Virus record (IMG/VR): IMGVR_UViG_3300009103_000003
Coordinates: 96,001 to 160,000 of that record
Direction: 5' to 3' (one strand)
Source: a virus
DNA: 64,000 bases
In this document: in pieces, positions 9,152-19,279 of the stretch
Layout: each line of letters starts with the position of its first letter
Position numbering within the stretch: the first letter of the stretch is position 1
The notes under the pieces: model-generated
The model's database searches: none
Told to the model about the DNA's origin: nothing
The model's input: the letters and a program-made list of their open reading frames with translations, nothing else
Program-made: the position numbers and the translations under genes

Positions 9152-10057
9152 TTGTTAGAGGTCACAAACATACGTATTCGCAGCTTTGACCTAGGTCATC
9201 TAGATGTCTATTGGGACATCGAGCCTAGTTTCGAAGATATTAGCGATTATGAATTTGTTGTCGAGAGATCCGACAATGAGTTTGGGCCGTACTATGATCT
9301 GACCGTCCCAATTATTGACCGGTACCACGTAAGAGACACATCAGTTCGCGGACACAAAAACTACTATAATAAAGTTTACTACCGTGTCCGGGTTCAAAAG
9401 CGTGGCAGCACAGAGCAGGCCGTCTACCCAGAAGTGGGTGGGGTAAAATTAGCGGCTATGCCGGATCTCGCTGCTTTGGAAATGGCAAGATTAAATAACC
9501 TAAAATTGAAAGAATTTTCAGGAAGAAAAATCTGGGTTTTTCCAAAAAAACAGTCCGGAGGGCGCTGTGCGCTATGTTGGGACCGTGTTGCGCAAAGACG
9601 AACTAGATCAGGTTGCGCTACGTGCTACGACACAAGCTGGGTTGGGGGTTATCATGCTCCTGTACAAACTTATGGAATGATTGTTTCTCCAAATGAACAA
9701 ACAATCCATGCGAACTTTGGAGAGGTCCAAACAGAGAATACAACTCTCATGTTGGGCAACTACCCGGAAATCTCAGAGGGCGATTTGATTATTGAGGCCG
9801 AAAACATTAGATGGAGAGTCGCTTCAACACTTGCAAAGGTGAAGAAGTCTCGCGCACTAATTCGGCAGCAAGTGGCTATCCATCGTGTACCTACCTCAGA
9901 TATAGAATATCGAATTCCGCTAAACTTGACTGACGAAGAAATAAAAGATTTGGTAGCCTCGCCCGAAAGAAATTATACAAACCCACAGACAATGGAGAGC
10001 ACGAAGCTTTCTAATGTTCTTGATAATGTGTTCGGTAAGGGGCAGGTAGCGCTATGA
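9152..10057 (+). CDS. Putative neck/head-closure protein with two CxxC pairs
   Basis: Beta-sandwich-like N-terminus; CALC...CATC; position before the tail genes. Confidence 0.5.
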   Translation: MLEVTNIRIRSFDLGHLDVYWDIEPSFEDISDYEFVVERSDNEFGPYYDLTVPIIDRYHVRDTSVRGHKNYYNKVYYRVRVQKRGSTEQAVYPEVGGVKLAAMPDLAALEMARLNNLKLKEFSGRKIWVFPKKQSGGRCALCWDRVAQRRTRSGCATCYDTSWVGGYHAPVQTYGMIVSPNEQTIHANFGEVQTENTTLMLGNYPEISEGDLIIEAENIRWRVASTLAKVKKSRALIRQQVAIHRVPTSDIEYRIPLNLTDEEIKDLVASPERNYTNPQTMESTKLSNVLDNVFGKGQVAL

Positions 10058-10689
10058 CTTCGTCTGTCACAAAAATAAATACCGATCCGACCCCATTCTC
10101 AGTGCCAGATGATTGTCTTCATGTGGCAACTAGAGCGTGGCTTATTTGGTTGCAGGGACTGTTTCGCACTCGACCTAGTGGTCATTACCGCTGGAGTGCT
10201 AATATGGATGAAACAGAGATTGTTATAACCGACCAAAACCCTGATAAGATCGAGAAGACGAATGTTCGTCCAGTTATTGCCACAGCCCGAGGACCGGCTA
10301 CTTGGGCAGGCACATCAATGGGGCAATCAATCCAACATAGTTTGGACTCCCCAGCGAAGACTTATACAGATATTATTGGTACCTCAATGACACTAAGTAT
10401 TGTAGCCAGAGAGGGTTTAGAGGCCCAAAACCTCGCTTATTTTATTTTTCGTATGATCCCTGTGTTTAAGGCCTCCATTCAGAGGCTTGGAAGAATACAC
10501 GCAATTAGTAACAGCATAACTTTGACACAAGAAAGTCAGCAGGGAGCCCTAGTTCCAGGATCATCGTCCCCAGAATGGAAGATGATTCAAGTAATTATAC
10601 CTTTCTATATTCAGGATGTAGTAACTGCTGATGAGAAGGACTTCTACTCATTAATGAGATCGGTTAATCTACATATGGGTTTGGAATAG
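10054..10689 (+). CDS. Putative tail completion/terminator protein
   Basis: ATGA-coupled to the previous gene; directly before the sheath gene. Confidence 0.45.
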   Translation: MTSSVTKINTDPTPFSVPDDCLHVATRAWLIWLQGLFRTRPSGHYRWSANMDETEIVITDQNPDKIEKTNVRPVIATARGPATWAGTSMGQSIQHSLDSPAKTYTDIIGTSMTLSIVAREGLEAQNLAYFIFRMIPVFKASIQRLGRIHAISNSITLTQESQQGALVPGSSSPEWKMIQVIIPFYIQDVVTADEKDFYSLMRSVNLHMGLE

Positions 10690-10711
10690 AGCCCCAACAG
10701 GAGTGATAAAT

Positions 10712-13700
10712 ATGGCAACGCTTCCACGACCCGGCGTAGAGATTTCCCAGGAAATCATCGTAGAATCGCCCACCGTCTTGACACCAGCACTGGTGCCTTG
10801 CATCGTTGGGCCCTGCTTTCAGATTGTTGACCCAATCGATGAAGACGGGGCTCTTAACCCACAGGCATCAGTATCAACTGCTGCCCGTGCAGTCAGCACT
10901 GCTGATCTGAACGAACCGCTGAATCTTCGCGGTCGTGAGTTCATTATTTCCGTTAATAATGGCGCAGATCAGATCATTAGCATGCCTGCGGCAGTTAATG
11001 GTGACTTCTCCATGAGCTTTGCCTTGGTCGTCAACACGATCAATAAGCAACTTACTGGTGCTATCGCTGAAATCACTCCCGGCGTAGTAGACGGTGTTGC
11101 TCAACCAAGCAGGCTTGTGTTCAGAACGAACGCTAAGGGACCAACCGCTGCTGTACTGCTAAAGGCGCACCCTGCTGGCGCAGCGTCTTCCGCTTATGGC
11201 GCAGGACCCGATGATATCGTTCAGATGAACGCTCTTGAGGGGATTAATATTACGGGACAGACGAACTACACGAACGTCGCCTACAATATCCCTTACACGA
11301 GCATGCCCTCCCCCATGACTAGCGCTGATGAGTGCGTCTGGGCAGGCGACGATATTACTGTTTATAGATTCTTTGCTAATAGTCTGTCCGAGCTATCGAC
11401 CGATAGTGCAACCAATTGGAATGCATTTACTCTTGGCGAGTCCACGGATGGCGGCGGTAACGCCACCTCCAGTGCTCACCAGCCTGTGATTGCTAATGGT
11501 AAGACTGTCCTTTGGGGCAAGCCTGGAACTGGCTCTAAGACAAACACATTGTGCAACCCAGGAACCCCTGCCAGCATCACTATTCCTTTGGCGCACAGCC
11601 TGAGCGCACAATACCCGTCCAGTCTTGTTGCTTGGCCTGATGTGAGTGGTGAAAACTTCTTGCATGTTGAAGCTCTTGGGCTCCAAACATACCTTGCCAC
11701 CCAAACCCCCGCAGATATCGGGAACTGGGTTGGTGCGGCTGGTAATGCCATTAACGTTGTCTTCGCTGAGAACGCGAATTTGACCGTTGCTTGGAACCCT
11801 GCTGGCACATTGACAATCAATTGTGATGAGACACATACGTTTGCTCAATTGGGCGCTGCGTTAGAGGACCCGGCATTTACGGCCTCGATTGCCTCTGACC
11901 TTATTATCACTTATGCGCCCGGACCAGATGCAGAATCCTTTAGAGGCTTCGCTGCTGGTCAGGCTCCCGCTCCGTGGGTTGGCGGTGCTCACACCTTGAA
12001 CCTTCACGGTGGAGCCGACCCAATCAACTTTGGGGTAGACGGCAACAATGCCGGTGGGCCTGCTAGTGGCGACGACGACCGGATGGCTTGGGTTTGTGGC
12101 GCTGTCGAGGTAGGAAACCTTACCGCAGATGCTTTGGGCCTAGGCGGTGAAATCCTCAATGTATCTATTGATGGTGCAGTCCCCTTGGCAATCACTCTTA
12201 CGGGTGGCGCACAGGTAAACACCACTATCAATAACGCTCTAGCCGGTATCGGTGGATGCACTAATGAAAACGTCGTTAACGCCTTGGGCGAGACGATTAG
12301 TGCTTTGCGGATTAACACTGTGTCTCAAAATGGTCACGACTCCACAATCGAGCTTTCCTCTCCGAATGCAGCAGTCATTGAAAGACTGTGGAGTGGGTTT
12401 GCTAGTGGGTCTGACACCATTGCGCAGGTGGCACTCGCAAATGCGGCTACGCCCCCACAGGCTCACGCCTCTCGTAGATTCTTGGTATCGGGTGGTATCG
12501 GAAACGACTACAACCTTCTTGCCCAATCACTTGGTGAGACAGCCATCCAGAATGGCTCCTTGACCATGATGGTCGATGGGCTTGCATTGGCGTCTCTCCG
12601 CTCTGGCCAAGTTAGTGACGCAGATGTTCTTGCAGCTTCTGCCGGTATGACTTGGGGAGCCGCAGTACCTTGTACGATTACAACCCAAACGGGTAACGAT
12701 GTAATCAACCTAGACCTTGCTGGAAATGTCTCCGGTGGGAGCGCAACCGTTGCTGACTTGATCGTAGAGATTGACACCCAGCTTCAGGCGGCAGGAAACA
12801 CTGGTGGCGAAGTTATTTGTCACGAAGCAAACGGTAGGATCTGTATTACCAGAACCTCTACTACCCACGCTGCTGGAGAAGATTGTTCATTTGAAACAGC
12901 CAACGCTGAATTGTCTGCCCTGTTGGGTGCAGGCATGACCACGGGAACGGCTGTCACGGCAGTGACTGAAGCAACCACCCTTATTATTAAGGATGATGGC
13001 GCAGGCAACTCCTTCCAGGTGAAGTCTTCAACCAGTGACCTAACTGGTCCTTGCCCAGCGAACACTCCTGACACAACTTCCGCTGGAGTCATGTCTGAGT
13101 ACTTCCTTGGTGGTGCACAGCTTGGAACGCCGCTTAACCGTGGTTTTGATCTAAGTCTGGCTGAATACTCTACGGGGGACGTGGCTGTTACGTTTGCTGG
13201 TGAGAACCAAAACGGCGCTCCTGCAAACGCTCTCCCATGCTCTTTTGCTCTTACGCCCGCTTCTGCGCTAACGATTTCTTACACAAGAAGTTGGCCCTGT
13301 GCATTCGGAGAGTCTTCTCCTTCGTATACCTCGCGTCTTTTCCACGGTCGAAGCAATCGGGTTATGACGAGTGATATGCTCTGGAATAAGGGCTCCGTCC
13401 TAGGTCGAGTTGTTCAAGTTAACAACTGGGCAATTGCTGGCGGATTCCCTGGAGCGGAATTGGTCATCTCTGAATTCGCCGCTGAAAAGGGCGTACATCT
13501 TGATGGTTGGTATGTTGTTGCAGAGAACCTTATTGGTGGAACCACCGATGACGCTGGTAACAACATTAGACCTGAACCAGAAGCAGAGTTTAATGATCTA
13601 ACCCAGGTCTACTCAATCAAGCCCGGTGTTAACCGAAATGCTCAAGGCATCGCGGCAGCGGGGTCGAGTGCTCCTGTTTATGCTCAGGTAAAGGCTCTCC

Positions 13701-15166
13701 GTAAGGATGTTACAGCCGATACTGCTAACCCAGGTCTTTTGGTGTTCTCTAGTGCCTCCGAGGTTGAAAGCCTCATTGGTCCTATTGATCCTTCTAACCC
13801 GTTGGCTTTCGGTCTCTACCTCGCATTCTTGAATACCTCTAACATTAACGTTAGCGCGTTCGGTGTTAGTAACGTGACTCCAGACGCTCCAAACGGAACG
13901 CTAGAGGCATACGCGGAGGCCCTTGATTTCTTGGCCCTCAACGAAGTCTATGCTCTTGCTCCGATGACGGACGACATGGAAGTCTTCAAGAAGTTTAGTC
14001 TTCACGTATCGGATTCGTCTGAGCCTCTGGCCAAGCATGAGCGAATGTTCTTATGCTGTCCTTCCCTCCCAACCGAAGAAGGATCTTCCTTGGTTGGTTC
14101 GGCAGACTTCAAGCTCTCTGACATTGGTGGCGGTAAGTTTGAACTCACCATCGCTGACGAGGCTGCTGCGGCTGCATTCAATATCCCGATGGCTATTGAT
14201 GGAAAGACAAATGCTGGCGGTAGTGTCCTTGGTGGCGGGAATGGTTCCTCATACCTCCCCTCGGACGGTATCTACGTAGACCGCGAAGGTGATGCATTTA
14301 GGTACTTGATTACCGGGACGCCCTCAGCGGACACGGTAGTTATTGAAACTGGCGATGTTTACGTTCCTGGCCTCTTTGGTCCAGCTACTTCCGGTAATGA
14401 TGATAGTTATTACCGAACGGGTACTGACGCTCTTGCGAATCTGTCTACTTTTGAATCCGATGGGGAGCTTTGCACCCTTAAGATTCGTCAGGCGGCAATT
14501 GACATGAGCGGAACCGCTGGGAAGCTCAAGGCTTGTGAGACTCTTGCAGAGATTGCTGGTGGACCTACCGGGTTTCAGAATCGAAGAATGGTTATGGTTC
14601 AACCCGAGCAGGTTGGGACCACCGTAAATGGTCTAGAGGTATTGGTTCCGGGGCACTTCTTGTGTGCTGGTATTGCTGGCATGATTGGCCAGCAGAACCC
14701 ATCTCAACCGTTTACCAATTTGCCGATGGTTGGCTTCACAAGACCTGTTGGTTCAAGCGATATTTTCAGCGAGAATCAAATGGCAACTGCTGCGGCTGGC
14801 GGTATCTACTGGGTCATTCAGGATACCCCTGGAGCCCCAATGGCTTCACGCCATCAGCTTACAACGGACGTGTCTTCTCTGAAGTCGCGTGAGTTGTCTA
14901 TTCTTAAAGCGGTTGATTTCGTGGCCAAGCTCATCCGAGCCCAGCTTCGTCGTTACATCGGAAGAAACAACATCACACAACAATTGCTAGAGACTGTTTC
15001 GCTCACAGCGCAAGCGGCTTTGGCTAGTGTGGCAGGCTCCGTGGTGGCGAGAGCTACTCTAGATTCTCTAGAGCAGTCCGCTAATAGCCCGGATGAAATT
15101 TTAGCAACGATTTCTATTACGCCATTTTACCCGGCCAATAGAATCAAGATTACAATCGTCGTATAA
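10712..15166 (+). CDS. Contractile tail sheath protein with very large internal insertion (~1484 aa)
   Basis: N-terminal LPRPGVEISQE and C-terminal GGIYWVIQD...RHQLTTD...RELSILKAVDFVAKLIR...YIG are sheath-like. Confidence 0.8.
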   Translation: MATLPRPGVEISQEIIVESPTVLTPALVPCIVGPCFQIVDPIDEDGALNPQASVSTAARAVSTADLNEPLNLRGREFIISVNNGADQIISMPAAVNGDFSMSFALVVNTINKQLTGAIAEITPGVVDGVAQPSRLVFRTNAKGPTAAVLLKAHPAGAASSAYGAGPDDIVQMNALEGINITGQTNYTNVAYNIPYTSMPSPMTSADECVWAGDDITVYRFFANSLSELSTDSATNWNAFTLGESTDGGGNATSSAHQPVIANGKTVLWGKPGTGSKTNTLCNPGTPASITIPLAHSLSAQYPSSLVAWPDVSGENFLHVEALGLQTYLATQTPADIGNWVGAAGNAINVVFAENANLTVAWNPAGTLTINCDETHTFAQLGAALEDPAFTASIASDLIITYAPGPDAESFRGFAAGQAPAPWVGGAHTLNLHGGADPINFGVDGNNAGGPASGDDDRMAWVCGAVEVGNLTADALGLGGEILNVSIDGAVPLAITLTGGAQVNTTINNALAGIGGCTNENVVNALGETISALRINTVSQNGHDSTIELSSPNAAVIERLWSGFASGSDTIAQVALANAATPPQAHASRRFLVSGGIGNDYNLLAQSLGETAIQNGSLTMMVDGLALASLRSGQVSDADVLAASAGMTWGAAVPCTITTQTGNDVINLDLAGNVSGGSATVADLIVEIDTQLQAAGNTGGEVICHEANGRICITRTSTTHAAGEDCSFETANAELSALLGAGMTTGTAVTAVTEATTLIIKDDGAGNSFQVKSSTSDLTGPCPANTPDTTSAGVMSEYFLGGAQLGTPLNRGFDLSLAEYSTGDVAVTFAGENQNGAPANALPCSFALTPASALTISYTRSWPCAFGESSPSYTSRLFHGRSNRVMTSDMLWNKGSVLGRVVQVNNWAIAGGFPGAELVISEFAAEKGVHLDGWYVVAENLIGGTTDDAGNNIRPEPEAEFNDLTQVYSIKPGVNRNAQGIAAAGSSAPVYAQVKALRKDVTADTANPGLLVFSSASEVESLIGPIDPSNPLAFGLYLAFLNTSNINVSAFGVSNVTPDAPNGTLEAYAEALDFLALNEVYALAPMTDDMEVFKKFSLHVSDSSEPLAKHERMFLCCPSLPTEEGSSLVGSADFKLSDIGGGKFELTIADEAAAAAFNIPMAIDGKTNAGGSVLGGGNGSSYLPSDGIYVDREGDAFRYLITGTPSADTVVIETGDVYVPGLFGPATSGNDDSYYRTGTDALANLSTFESDGELCTLKIRQAAIDMSGTAGKLKACETLAEIAGGPTGFQNRRMVMVQPEQVGTTVNGLEVLVPGHFLCAGIAGMIGQQNPSQPFTNLPMVGFTRPVGSSDIFSENQMATAAAGGIYWVIQDTPGAPMASRHQLTTDVSSLKSRELSILKAVDFVAKLIRAQLRRYIGRNNITQQLLETVSLTAQAALASVAGSVVARATLDSLEQSANSPDEILATISITPFYPANRIKITIVV

Positions 15167-15183
15167 GTCGAAGGAGTGTTACA

Positions 15184-16032
15184 ATGGGAAGCAGCAGTTT
15201 TGGGTCAGCAAGAAGACCGTCAGGAAAGAAGTTTCGTGATGGGACTATCGCGGAAGCGTTAGATGACCTTTATAGTGATATTGATGGAGCTTTTTCGGTA
15301 GCGGAAACTACCGGGGCTGCTCTTAGAGCAAACCTCCATATGGACGTGGTTCCTACGGCTGGTGACACTGTAAGCATTGGCGCGGACACCTATGAATTTC
15401 GTGGCGCGGCTGGACAGATGAGCAACGATGCTTTCATCGGTGTTCTTATTGGCGGCGATGCTCAGACAAGCTTGGCCAACCTGGGGAACGCTATTAATGG
15501 CGCTGGAACCGGAGCAACTGATGGCATTTTAGATAATGCTGGAACCGCTCCTTGCGCTCTTGTGAATGGTACTGAGCCCATTGGGGCGCTCGCTCCTGGT
15601 GCTAATGACATGCCCATTACATGTCTCGGCCCAGATGGGACAGAGACCGCTGGGTTTCCCGCTGCCAATATTGTCCTGGCGGACAACCTTAGTGACGGGG
15701 GCGACCAGTTTAATCTCCCTGCTCTTCCCGCAGCCAGTACGACGCAAACAGGTTCAAGATCTTGTGTTGTTGGCCCAGTGACTTATGACGCTGTGACTGT
15801 TGTTGCAGGTTCGCCTAGAACTATTGAGGGGGTCTTACCCTTTCTGCCTAGGACTCATACTATCGCTGTGTCCGGTGCTGCTGGCGTGGATGTTGCCACT
15901 GCGGGCGTCGCCGTTACTTACGCAGGCGGCGGCGGTGGTGCGGCTTATATAATCGATATTGGCGCTGGCGTAGACGCAGGTAGCCTTACCGCTGATGGTA
16001 CAGAATCCGTCACGGTAGTTTTCTTTGAATAG
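15184..16032 (+). CDS. Putative tail-associated structural protein
   Basis: G/A/T-rich ORF between sheath and tube. Confidence 0.5.
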   Translation: MGSSSFGSARRPSGKKFRDGTIAEALDDLYSDIDGAFSVAETTGAALRANLHMDVVPTAGDTVSIGADTYEFRGAAGQMSNDAFIGVLIGGDAQTSLANLGNAINGAGTGATDGILDNAGTAPCALVNGTEPIGALAPGANDMPITCLGPDGTETAGFPAANIVLADNLSDGGDQFNLPALPAASTTQTGSRSCVVGPVTYDAVTVVAGSPRTIEGVLPFLPRTHTIAVSGAAGVDVATAGVAVTYAGGGGGAAYIIDIGAGVDAGSLTADGTESVTVVFFE

Positions 16033-16064
16033 TTAGGGAATAAACCCGTTTAGGAGGATTTGAA

Positions 16065-16823
16065 ATGCCCGGATTAAGTGATTGGTCACCGTACAAAACT
16101 CATGTGCAGGGTGGCTTGCGAGAAGGTAACTTCCTAAACGGGCAGTTTATCCTTGTATGTGCAGGACCCCCATTTTTCTCTCAATTGGCGTCTGTAGAAG
16201 ATGCGGCAGTTTTCCCAATCGGGTTAACGCAGAATGTCGCTCTCTCGCAGAACAAGGCCATCAGCCGTATCTTTGAAATTGGTTCTGATCGAAGCTATTT
16301 CATCTCCGGTCGAAGTGTTGGTCAGTTGTCTCTAGGTCGCGTTGTGTACCACGGACCCTCCCTTCTCAGGGCTCTGTACGCTTACTACAACACAGCCGAT
16401 GATAACTCCCCCGGTGGTTATGCTATCGATAGTCTTTCAGGCTCTCCGACTAGCGCGGGTATTGCCCCGTTTACTACCACGGGCTCTGGTGTCAGTAGCT
16501 CCCTTCACTCTGTGAAAGTTCCTCCTGGCTACGGGAACATGTTCCTGAACTTGGCCTCGGACCTATTCAGTCAGCCGCTCGGTCTCATGCTTATCTTTAA
16601 GGATAACGCAGAGAACAACGTTGCTTCTGTGTACCTTGATCAGTGTTATGTGCCTCAGCACTCTATCGCTGTTGACGCGCAGGGTCTCATTGTTCAGGAG
16701 TCCGTAGGCATTCAATACGAAAGAATGCAGCCGATTAAGCAGACTCAAATTTCGTTACTCCATCCTATTCTAGAAGACGCAACAGGTGGGTTCGCGCCTC
16801 CTGCTGGCGGAACACTAGACTAA
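16065..16823 (+). CDS. Tail tube protein
   Basis: RBS AGGAGG; IGLTQNVALSQNK...IFEIGSDRSYFISGR and ESVGIQYERM are tube-like; follows the sheath. Confidence 0.7.
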   Translation: MPGLSDWSPYKTHVQGGLREGNFLNGQFILVCAGPPFFSQLASVEDAAVFPIGLTQNVALSQNKAISRIFEIGSDRSYFISGRSVGQLSLGRVVYHGPSLLRALYAYYNTADDNSPGGYAIDSLSGSPTSAGIAPFTTTGSGVSSSLHSVKVPPGYGNMFLNLASDLFSQPLGLMLIFKDNAENNVASVYLDQCYVPQHSIAVDAQGLIVQESVGIQYERMQPIKQTQISLLHPILEDATGGFAPPAGGTLD

Positions 16824-16835
16824 CTCGGAGTACAT

Positions 16836-17168
16836 ATGGACAAGGCCCTCGAAACAGCAAGCACTATACCGGAGTACTCTACCCTTCTTATTGTGTTGTT
16901 TCTTTGTGGTGTTATTTCCTATGGGATCACACAAGTTGTGAAAATCCCGTGCAGGAAGTACATCGGACCAGATATCAACTCAAAAGACCCGTGGTATTGG
17001 CAACTAATATTCCGGTTGATCCCATTAGCTGTTGGGGCCGGTACGGGGATGTTATTTATTCACTGGCCGTGGGGCGCTTCTGTTGGGTTAGTAGGGGCCA
17101 TTCTAAATGTGGCTCTGTATAAGCAGACATCAACAATCATAAGCAGCTTTAATCCGACTAAGAGGTAA
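16836..17168 (+). CDS. Holin-like membrane protein (3 hydrophobic segments)
   Basis: 110 aa with three apolar stretches and a charged tail. Confidence 0.5.
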   Translation: MDKALETASTIPEYSTLLIVLFLCGVISYGITQVVKIPCRKYIGPDINSKDPWYWQLIFRLIPLAVGAGTGMLFIHWPWGASVGLVGAILNVALYKQTSTIISSFNPTKR

Positions 17169-17171
17169 ATT

Positions 17172-17306
17172 ATGTTTGATACGATTATGTGGACCACCGC
17201 AGCGGTGGCCCCGATTTCTTATTTTCTAGGCAGCACACACGCTATCGGCAAACTCTTTGGTTACGCTAAAGATAAGTTTAGTGGGCTACTAGGGAAGCTG
17301 AAGTAA
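17172..17306 (+). CDS. Small hypothetical protein (44 aa)
   Basis: RBS GAGGT; MFDTIMWTTAAVAPISYFLG...LLGKLK. Confidence 0.45.
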   Translation: MFDTIMWTTAAVAPISYFLGSTHAIGKLFGYAKDKFSGLLGKLK

Positions 17307-17322
17307 ACGCCGAAGAAAGTAG

Positions 17323-17493
17323 ATGACCCGACAGTGCAACCACTGCGAGTCTTACTTCTACCAATCGGACGGAAATATCTATTGTCCGTACTGCTGGTCA
17401 ATTCCTAGGCAGAGAATACGCTATACCAATTGTGGCACCTGCGCCTATAGCAACCCCAACGATGGTCCAAAATACCGGGCTTTCAAATACTGA
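17323..17493 (+). CDS. Possible small Zn-ribbon protein (56 aa)
   Basis: MTRQCNHC...CPYC...; weak RBS; 3' half overlaps a minus-strand gene. Confidence 0.3.
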   Translation: MTRQCNHCESYFYQSDGNIYCPYCWSIPRQRIRYTNCGTCAYSNPNDGPKYRAFKY

Positions 17494-17817
17494 TGGTTTT
17501 GGTATCGGCTTAGCCATTAGAACGTCTATCTGATTTGACAAGTCTAGAGACCGCTGCCTCTCGCTTTTTAAGACAAGCTCATAGTAGTTTTTCTGACTTA
17601 AAAAGAGGTCTTGGTTGTATTTAAGCTCTAGCTTGAGTTTCGGAATATCCATGCGCAGACAGCGAAGACCTTCTTCTGCGGCTGACGTTGGGAGAAGTAC
17701 ACCCTTACATGGTGACGTAACAGCGGTAGGGGTTTCACACTCTTGTGCGAATGCCGTTGCAGGCATAGACAAGACGATCAACATTACAGACAAATAAACA
17801 CTAATCAGACTTCTCAT
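17398..17817 (-). CDS. Envelope protein with signal peptide and C-terminal TM (spanin-like, outer/unimolecular type)
   Basis: N-terminal hydrophobic signal, Cys residues, coiled coil, C-terminal FWTIVGVAIGAGATIGIAY. Confidence 0.45.
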   Translation of the reverse strand: MRSLISVYLSVMLIVLSMPATAFAQECETPTAVTSPCKGVLLPTSAAEEGLRCLRMDIPKLKLELKYNQDLFLSQKNYYELVLKSERQRSLDLSNQIDVLMAKPIPKPSVFESPVFWTIVGVAIGAGATIGIAYSLPRN

Positions 17818-18199
17818 TTTTCCTCCCCTTTAGGTATTCTGCCCAAGCATTAGCAATCCCCACGGGGCCCTTCTTGGCAGCTTCATCGATTTCTTTATCG
17901 ACTTGTTCGAGTTTCTTCTTCTCGCTTTCGAAGTCCGCTCGAATCTTGGCTCGCTCAGACTCTCTTTTGTCAGATGCTTCCTCCATCGCTTCTGCAAATT
18001 TTTTCTCAATTTGTACCTGCTCTGTTCGGACTTTCAGCTTTCTCTGACTAGAAGCGTACTTCTGGATTAGCCAATAGGCTACCGCAATTAGGGTAAAAAA
18101 TGCCACCATGGCCCAATGAGGAAGTTTTTTAATCGCCTCCCACGATTTCTTTGCGGCGGACTTAGTACCACTCCACAGGTTCAACCAAAACATACACAC
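17801..18199 (-). CDS. Membrane-anchored coiled-coil protein (i-spanin-like)
   Basis: TM WAMVAFFTLIAVAYWLI then a charged coiled coil; overlaps the next gene by 17 nt. Confidence 0.5.
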   Translation of the reverse strand: MCMFWLNLWSGTKSAAKKSWEAIKKLPHWAMVAFFTLIAVAYWLIQKYASSQRKLKVRTEQVQIEKKFAEAMEEASDKRESERAKIRADFESEKKKLEQVDKEIDEAAKKGPVGIANAWAEYLKGRKNEKSD

Positions 18200-18214
18200 C
18201 TCCTAGTTAAAAAT

Positions 18215-18238
18215 GTGCGGGAGGAAATCCCCCCGCAC
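18215..18238 (-). terminator. Terminator-like hairpin after the DUF1257-like gene
   Basis: Minus strand GTGCGGGGGGA-TT-TCCTCCCGCAC followed by ATTTTT. Confidence 0.55.
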
Positions 18239-18254
18239 TGTAGTTATTGCAAGG

Positions 18255-18668
18255 CTACCCTTTTGCAACAACTACGATCTTATTACCGTCTTTCTTTACT
18301 TTAGTCACGAGACCTTGTTTCTTCAAAGCCTTCTGAGCAACAACGGCTGCATACCACTGGTTGACACCGGATGAGAATTTAGTCCCAACCTTAGCGCCTA
18401 ATCGACCACCATCATCTAGATCATCAACGTAGACTTGGTAACTCCCGTTCTCGCCTTTAGCGAACCCAACGTCACCGTAACCACCGTGATATGACTTCTT
18501 AATTAGAATTTCTACTTTTGCGGACTGTCGTCCGTACCCCACAAGATCAAGTAGCTCACCAGGGCTAGCGACCTGAATTTCTTCACGGGGGACACCCAGC
18601 TTTTCAAGGGCTGTGATAACTGCATTCTGATCTTTCATGCAGGTCTCACAAGTAATTAGAGCACTCAT
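18255..18668 (-). CDS. DUF1257 (Ycf35-like) protein
   Basis: MS..ITCET.MKD...VI.AL..LG...YGDVGF...G.Y....DD pattern; linked to DUF2997-like and AAA genes. Confidence 0.7.
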   Translation of the reverse strand: MSALITCETCMKDQNAVITALEKLGVPREEIQVASPGELLDLVGYGRQSAKVEILIKKSYHGGYGDVGFAKGENGSYQVYVDDLDDGGRLGAKVGTKFSSGVNQWYAAVVAQKALKKQGLVTKVKKDGNKIVVVAKG

Positions 18669-19279
18669 TGCACCCTCCTTAATTCGTCCAAGGTACTCTT
18701 GTCTGGGAGCCCTGTTATCTTAACAAGGCCGTCTTCCCCACACGAGACTTCTACTCTTGGCAGATTGGTTAAATCAGTCTGCTCATAAGCAGGATTTATG
18801 TATATAATCTCTTGGTTGGATGAGGAAATTAGAGGCTTGTTGCACGCCAACTTTTCTACGTATGGCCCAGAAATGACCATCGAAACAAGGGTTTCATTCA
18901 TAAAGTACGGCATCCGCATGTCTTCCAGATAGCCAGATTTCTCTAGCCGTTCCTTTGTCCACCCAGTAAATATTACTACTGATAGTTCCTTGAACTCATC
19001 TGAAGGACCCCGGTTTAAAGTCAACATGCTTTTAATCATCAGCTTGATGTCCAACCACTGCTCCATAGGCTCTCCACCAGAGATCGTGACCCCGTCTGGG
19101 TTACCGGCTAGGAGCGCACTGGCGGCGTCTAGACGAGAGATCTCCTCACCCCCGGACTCTGGCCATGTGTGTTTGTTGAAGCACCCAGGACAGCCTATGG
19201 TGCATCCCTGAACGTGTAATACATTACGACGCCCAGGACCGTTGACATAACTGTCTCTAGTTATCCCCGCTATCCTCAT
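18665..19279 (-). CDS. NrdG-like radical SAM protein (single 4Fe-4S cluster)
   Basis: NGPGRR.VLHVQGCTIGCPGC (CxxxCxxC) and TISGGEP; start after GGAGG RBS. Confidence 0.85.
   Translation of the reverse strand: MRIAGITRDSYVNGPGRRNVLHVQGCTIGCPGCFNKHTWPESGGEEISRLDAASALLAGNPDGVTISGGEPMEQWLDIKLMIKSMLTLNRGPSDEFKELSVVIFTGWTKERLEKSGYLEDMRMPYFMNETLVSMVISGPYVEKLACNKPLISSSNQEIIYINPAYEQTDLTNLPRVEVSCGEDGLVKITGLPDKSTLDELRRVQ

Noticed and set aside
18665-19279. Class III RNR activase (nrdG)
   Set aside because: No nrdD in the window, the RNR present is class II, and the gene is coupled to DUF1257/DUF2997. No symbol assigned.
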